A stretch of 63,500 nucleotides of DNA, counting the filler. It is 3 parts of 3 records of this genome, joined end to end, with 100 filler letters (N's around TTAATTAATTAA, not from the genome) between each part and the next. Parts side by side here need not be neighbours in the genome. Positions count along the whole stretch, not along the records: positions 56,924 to 63,500 come from SRR31156797_1442; 2 more parts are not named here. One strand, 5' to 3'. Position 1 is the stretch's first letter, and each line of letters opens with the position of its first letter. The translations under genes were made by a program, and so were the position numbers. The notes beneath the pieces were generated by a model, which saw only the letters and a program-made list of their open reading frames with translations, did not search any database and was not told the DNA's origin. Shown piece by piece: positions 58,731-63,500 of the stretch.

Positions 58731-60617
58731 TTACGCGTGTTCGGGTTCGCGTTCGGTCATCTGGATGTAACCGGCCGGGCAGACATCCTGGCACATGTGA
58801 CAGCCGATGCAGCGCCGGTAGTTGGTGAAGACGAACTTGCCCAGTTCCTTCTCGTCGTCGTCGACCAATTCGACCGCGCCACGCGGACAGAAGACCAAGC
58901 AGTTCTCGCATTCCAGGCACATGCCGCAGCACATGCAGCGGCCGGATTCGGCGATCACCTGGTGTTCGTCGAGCGGCTTCACCCGTTCGCGGAAATTGCC
59001 GAGCACGTTGGTCGCAGACACCCGTTCGCGGGTCCTGCGGCCGCGCGGCAGGAATTCGAAGTGGCTGAGGAACATGCGGTCGTCGAAAATAACCTCGCGT
59101 TCCGCTTCCTCCTCTTCGCGCAACGACGGATACAGCCCGACCTGCGGCGGTGCGTCGACTTCTTCGCCGCGCACGTATTTGTCGATCATCTGGGCGGCGA
59201 AGGTGCCGTGGCCGATGGCCGTCGGCAACAGATGCGGCCTTACGATATCGCCGCCGACAAAATGACCGGGCCGCCCCGGCACCCGGTGGATGCCGTCGGC
59301 ATCGATATAACCGGCGCCGTTATCGAGCGGATCAAGCCCTTCGCCGAGTTGCCCGGCCTGCCCGATGGCGGCAACGACCAGTTCGGCGTTGACGGTGAAT
59401 TCGGTGCCTTCGCGCGGCACCGGGGTGGTGCCGTTCATGTCGCAATCGGCCATGCGAACCGCGACGGCGCGACCGTCGTCGTCGGTGATGATTTTCACCG
59501 GCATGACGCCGCATTTGAACTCGACGCCTTCCGACATGGCGTCCTCGACCTCTTCGTCGGCGGCGAACATCTGTTCGCGCGGGAACAGCGACGTCAGCAC
59601 CACCTTGACGCCTTCGCGGACGGCGGTTTCGATGACCTCGTGGGCGGCGGCGCCCTGAATGACGTCCTCGACCCGGTTCGATTCGATGTCCTGAAGGATC
59701 TGGCCGAGCCGGCGGGTCACCGAAGCGACGTCGACCGAGGTGTCGCCGCCGCCGATGACGACGATGGGGCCGCGCACGTGTTGTAAGCGGCCCTGGTTGA
59801 AGGCTTCGAGGAAACCGACGCCGCTGACGACATTCGGCGCGTCCGATCCCGGGATCGGCAGCTTGCGCCCGCTTTGCGCGCCGATCGCCCAGAAGACGGC
59901 GTCGAATTCGGTATCGAGCTGTTCGATGCTGACGTCCTGGCCGACCCGGGTGTTCATCCGGGTTTCGATGCCGAGGTCGAGAATGCGCTGGACCTCGCCC
60001 TTCAGCACGTGGCGCGGAATGCGGTATTCGGGAATGCCGTAGCGCATCAAACCGCCGAGTTCGGCCTGGGCCTCGAACAGGGTCACGGCGTGGCCTTCGA
60101 CGCGGAGGATATAGGCGGCGGTCAGGCCGGCCGGCCCGCCGCCGATGACGGCGATTTTCTTGCCGCTATCCTCGCCCGGCTGCGGCAGTTCGAAACCCTG
60201 TTCCAGGGCGTGGTTGCCGACGGCGTGTTCGACCGCGTTGATGCCGACCGGGTCCTCGAGCACACCGCGGTTGCACTTGGTCTGACACGGCGCCGGGCAG
60301 ACGCGGCCCATGATCGCCGGGAACGGATTGGCCGTCACCATGCTGCGAAACGCGTGTTCCTGCCAGGTCATGTTGCCGCGCGGTTTGTCCTGTCCGCGCG
60401 CGATGGCGAGCCAGCCGCGAATATTATGGCCGGCCGGGCAGTTGGCCTGGCAAGGCGGGGTTCGCCGGATATAGGCCGGGATGTCGTCCGTCTTCGCGGC
60501 CTCGAACATCATCGGTCCGCTGTCTTGGCCTTCCTGCGTTTCGATTTCCTTGGTCATCGCTTTGTCCCCGTGTGTCGTTCCGGCCCCGTTTTTCGGGTTG
60601 TTTGTTGGCGCTGCCAT
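58731..60617 (-). CDS. dsrL: DsrL-1-like iron-sulfur flavoprotein, NAD(P)H:acceptor oxidoreductase (alternative start 60557)
   Basis: TPPCQANCPAG.NIRGWL.IARGQ.KP...WQE.AF...NPFPAIMGRVCPAPCQ..CNR, GGGPAG, GGGDTSVDVASV.RRLG, LTSLFP, RCMCCGMCLECENC and CIGCHMCQDVCPAGYIQM. Confidence 0.75.
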   Translation of the reverse strand: MAAPTNNPKNGAGTTHGDKAMTKEIETQEGQDSGPMMFEAAKTDDIPAYIRRTPPCQANCPAGHNIRGWLAIARGQDKPRGNMTWQEHAFRSMVTANPFPAIMGRVCPAPCQTKCNRGVLEDPVGINAVEHAVGNHALEQGFELPQPGEDSGKKIAVIGGGPAGLTAAYILRVEGHAVTLFEAQAELGGLMRYGIPEYRIPRHVLKGEVQRILDLGIETRMNTRVGQDVSIEQLDTEFDAVFWAIGAQSGRKLPIPGSDAPNVVSGVGFLEAFNQGRLQHVRGPIVVIGGGDTSVDVASVTRRLGQILQDIESNRVEDVIQGAAAHEVIETAVREGVKVVLTSLFPREQMFAADEEVEDAMSEGVEFKCGVMPVKIITDDDGRAVAVRMADCDMNGTTPVPREGTEFTVNAELVVAAIGQAGQLGEGLDPLDNGAGYIDADGIHRVPGRPGHFVGGDIVRPHLLPTAIGHGTFAAQMIDKYVRGEEVDAPPQVGLYPSLREEEEAEREVIFDDRMFLSHFEFLPRGRRTRERVSATNVLGNFRERVKPLDEHQVIAESGRCMCCGMCLECENCLVFCPRGAVELVDDDEKELGKFVFTNYRRCIGCHMCQDVCPAGYIQMTEREPEHA

Positions 60618-61762
60618 CAGGCGGGTTCGCGGGCCAGAATTTCGGCAAGGTCGAGCACCTCGAGGCTTTCCTCGAGGCCTTCGGTTTTGCGGCTGTCGTC
60701 AAGAAGCGAAATGCAATAGGGGCAGGCCGTCGCCAGGATATCGGCGCCGGCTTCGGCGGCCTCCTTTACGCGCAGAACGCTGAACCGTTTTTCGGTCGGC
60801 GTTTCCATCCAGACGCGGCTGCCGCCGCCGCCGCAGCAAAGCGAGAAATCGCGTTCGCGCGGCATCTCGACCATTTGTGCCCCGGTCGCCGCCAGCAGGT
60901 CGCGCGGTTCATCGAAGACTTCGGCATGGCGGCCCAGATAGCACGGATCGTGATAGGCGATCTTGGCGTCGATGCCCTCCGGCACCTGCAATTTGCCATC
61001 GGCGAGGAGTTGCGCCAGCAGTTGGCTGTGATGGATGACTTCCCAGTCGCCGCCGATTTCCGGATATTCGCGGGAAAACGTGTACAGGCAGTGCGGCGAG
61101 GTGACGATGACCTTGTTGACGCCGTGCTTGCCGAACAGCGCGATGTTGGCTTCCGCCAGTTTGGTGAAGCCGGCCTCGTCGCCGGTCTTGCGCAAGCTTT
61201 CGCCGCAGCAGTTCTCGTCATTGCCGATGACGCCGAACGAAACGCCGGCTTTCGTCAGCAGCTTGACCAGCGAGCGCGCGATGTTGCGGCTGCGGGCGTC
61301 GTAGCAGGACGTGCAGCAGACGCTGAGAAGGTATTCGGTATCCTCGGTATAGGCCGGGACGTCGAGCCCCTTCATCCAGTCGGTCCGTTTGTCGCGGGCT
61401 TCGCCCCACGGATTGCCGTTGGAATCGCAGCTTCCGGAAACGGCGCGCAGGGTATCGGGCAGGGCGCCCATTTCGGCGCCGATGGAGCGGATCGCCGTCA
61501 TGATGCCGATGATGTCGACGCCGCGCGGGCAATTGATCACGCATTTGTTGCAGGTCGTGCAGCCGAACAGGATGTCTTCGACCTCGTTGCCTTCCAATCC
61601 CATCTGACCCAGGCGGATCGCACGGCGCACGATGAATTCGCCGTCGACTTCGCGCCACGGGCAAACGGCGGCGCAGGTGCCGCATTGCATGCAGGTATTG
61701 AGATCCGTACCGCCGGAATAGACGATGGCCTCGTTAACCTCGAAAAACGGTGTGTCGGGCAT
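60617..61762 (-). CDS. HdrD/BamD/GlpC-like (Fe-S)-binding protein with two CCG domains
   Basis: CMQCGTCAAVCP, CTTCNKCVINCP, GNPWG, NCCG, YHDPCYLGR, LCCGGGG and TACPYC. Confidence 0.88.
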   Translation of the reverse strand: MPDTPFFEVNEAIVYSGGTDLNTCMQCGTCAAVCPWREVDGEFIVRRAIRLGQMGLEGNEVEDILFGCTTCNKCVINCPRGVDIIGIMTAIRSIGAEMGALPDTLRAVSGSCDSNGNPWGEARDKRTDWMKGLDVPAYTEDTEYLLSVCCTSCYDARSRNIARSLVKLLTKAGVSFGVIGNDENCCGESLRKTGDEAGFTKLAEANIALFGKHGVNKVIVTSPHCLYTFSREYPEIGGDWEVIHHSQLLAQLLADGKLQVPEGIDAKIAYHDPCYLGRHAEVFDEPRDLLAATGAQMVEMPRERDFSLCCGGGGSRVWMETPTEKRFSVLRVKEAAEAGADILATACPYCISLLDDSRKTEGLEESLEVLDLAEILAREPA

Positions 61763-61806
61763 TGGTCGTTCCTAATAAGCCAACTTGTTTTTGCCGCGCC
61801 TGCTTT

Positions 61807-62136
61807 CTAGTCGTCGTCTTCCGGGACGTCGGCGGAGGCCGCTTCCAGGCCATAACGGAAATAGCCGCCGTCGTTGTCGCGTTCGCCGACGATGCCGTAT
61901 TTTTTCATCGCCATGACGCACCACAGAATTTCGGTCGCTTCGAACCCGGTGGCCTCGGCGAGTTCCAGTACGGTCATCGGCCCCTCGCTTTTGGCCAGGG
62001 CATCGCGCACCTTCTTGATGCTGATCATGCGTTTGCGGTTGGCCTGGAAGGCGTCCTTGATCTTTTCGCGCCGTTCCTTGCGAATGATCGCAAGTTCCTC
62101 GACCTGTTCGGGACTCAATTTCGTTTCGACGCTCAT
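61807..62136 (-). CDS. Small winged-helix protein (109 aa)
   Basis: GAGGAGG RBS and ATGA overlap with the hdrA stop. GPMTVLELAEATG...EILW.V.AMKKYG.V.E....GGYFRY. Confidence 0.8.
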   Translation of the reverse strand: MSVETKLSPEQVEELAIIRKERREKIKDAFQANRKRMISIKKVRDALAKSEGPMTVLELAEATGFEATEILWCVMAMKKYGIVGERDNDGGYFRYGLEAASADVPEDDD

Positions 62137-63500
62137 GACACTGCCTCCTCGATGCCGGCATCGGCGACGATGGCGTCGACCATCACCTCGTACTGGCGCA
62201 GGGTCCAACCGTCGATTTCGATGGCGATGTTCGGGCAGACCGCGACGCACATGCCGCAGCCGGTGCAAAGCGCCGGGTTGACCTTGGCGACCTTGCCGCC
62301 GCCCTCGGCATCGACCAGGGACATGCAGCCGTCGTGCGGGCATTCCTCGACGCAGGCGCCGGTGCCGGTGCAAAGATCGGCGTTGATCTGGGCGATATAG
62401 GGGTCGAGCTCGACGAAACCCTTCGACAGGATGGCGGCGGCCTTGACCGCGGCGCCGGTGGCGCATTCGGCCGCTTCCGACGAATCCATCGGCGCCTGGC
62501 TGGTGCCGGCCAGAAGAACGCCGGTGTTGGCCAGTTCGACCGGGCGCAGCTTCGGATGGACCTCAAGCAGGAAGCGATCCGATCCAACCGGCAGTTTCAT
62601 GTGATCGATCAGACCGGAAACGTCAGACGGTTCCATGCCGACCGCCAGCACCACCAGGTCGACCGGCACTTCCAGTTCCTGCCCCGACAGCAGGGTGTCG
62701 GGAACGGTTACGTTGAGCGCCGTTTCGGATCCGTCCGGGGCGCGGGTGACGACCGGTGGGCTGTCCGGTTCGAAGCGCACGAACAGCACGCCGTCCTTCG
62801 AGGCGCCGATGTAATAGTCTTCGTGGCCGCGGCCGTAGGCCCGGATGTCGCGATAGAAATCGTAGATTACCGTTTCCGGGTATTTTTCCTTCAATTCGCG
62901 GTCGGCCTGAAGCGTCGCCGTGCAGCAGACGCGCGAACAGTATTCGTTCAGGTTGCCGTTTTCGTTTTCTTCGTGAATGCCGGGGATCTGGCGGCTGCCG
63001 ACGCAGCGGATCATCGCCATGCTGTTGATCGGCCGGCCGTTGACGGTCAGCGTGCCGCTGCCGTCTTCATCCTCGGCCATGATCTTGATCAGATCGGGCA
63101 AGGTGATGACTTCCGGCAACTCGCCGTAGCCGTATTCGCCCTTCGGCGGCGAATAATGGCGGAAACCCGTGGCCAGCACCACCGACCCGGTCGCCACGTC
63201 GCGGCTTTCCTCGGTGTTTGGCACGTCGTCGGGCAGAATGCCGACGAAGGGAACGAAGGCGCCCTTGACGGCGCCGGCTTCCCGATAGCGCGCCAGCTTG
63301 TCCAGATCTTCGGCATCGGTCGGCGGTTTGCGCGTGACCGTCAGCTTGAAGTCACCGACGTAGCCGTCGCTGCCGGAAACTTCGGCGCAGGTGACGATCT
63401 CGATGTCCGGGTGGTCGATGACCGAGGCGGCAAGGCCGGCCAGAAGATCGCCGGCTTTTTCCTGGGTCGGGAAGACCCGGTCCAATTGCGCGAAATTGCC
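62133..63500 (-). CDS. hdrA: Heterodisulfide reductase subunit A-like protein, 5' end beyond the window
   Basis: G.VGDF, VLATGF, CVGSR, YCSRVCC, YRDIRAYG, E.HPKLRPVE and two C-terminal ferredoxin motifs. Confidence 0.88.
   Translation of the reverse strand, partial: GNFAQLDRVFPTQEKAGDLLAGLAASVIDHPDIEIVTCAEVSGSDGYVGDFKLTVTRKPPTDAEDLDKLARYREAGAVKGAFVPFVGILPDDVPNTEESRDVATGSVVLATGFRHYSPPKGEYGYGELPEVITLPDLIKIMAEDEDGSGTLTVNGRPINSMAMIRCVGSRQIPGIHEENENGNLNEYCSRVCCTATLQADRELKEKYPETVIYDFYRDIRAYGRGHEDYYIGASKDGVLFVRFEPDSPPVVTRAPDGSETALNVTVPDTLLSGQELEVPVDLVVLAVGMEPSDVSGLIDHMKLPVGSDRFLLEVHPKLRPVELANTGVLLAGTSQAPMDSSEAAECATGAAVKAAAILSKGFVELDPYIAQINADLCTGTGACVEECPHDGCMSLVDAEGGGKVAKVNPALCTGCGMCVAVCPNIAIEIDGWTLRQYEVMVDAIVADAGIEEAVS

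Noticed and set aside
57121-61810. Long alternative ORFs (57121-58932 -, 58725-59786 +, 59874-60719 +, 60572-61810 + and others)
   Set aside because: Antisense or frame shadows of recognisable genes in high-GC DNA.

Overview
The window is three unrelated contigs joined by artificial 100-bp spacers (N44-TTAATTAATTAA-N44) at 31274-31373 and 56824-56923. Contig A (1-31273) is AT-rich and Bacteroidota-like, with TAnnTTTG promoters. It opens with what looks like the right end of an integron-like cassette array: attC-like hairpins, no integrase in view. A feoAB/TonB metal-uptake locus and housekeeping genes follow (nusB, yajC, coaE, djlA-like, MATE, NCS2, mltF-like, Nudix, lolC/E-like, aminotransferase). 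Two contig A intergenic regions are unusual: a 14-unit non-coding 21-bp tandem array, and a sigma54-type promoter (paired UAS, IHF site, -24/-12) that appears to drive a ~75-nt sRNA. Contig B (31374-56823) is a different, intermediate-GC Bacteroidota. It carries an adenylate cyclase, rlmB, OsmC, a CpdB-like nucleotidase, a Q-salvage/HhH-like Fe-S protein, NlpC/P60, a 7TM-HD protein, a 1485-aa Cache membrane protein, a T9SS dockerin/cohesin protein, REP-like repeats, two thioredoxins, a stand-alone IS1595 N-terminal domain, a fetAB-like ABC pair and a truncated tRNA-His. Contig C (56924-63500) is GC-rich and probably proteobacterial. It has a secreted caspase-family peptidase and an hdrA-wHTH-hdrD/bamD-like operon ending in a DsrL-1-type flavoprotein with no dsr genes in view. 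All family assignments come from recognising motifs by eye; no searches were run.
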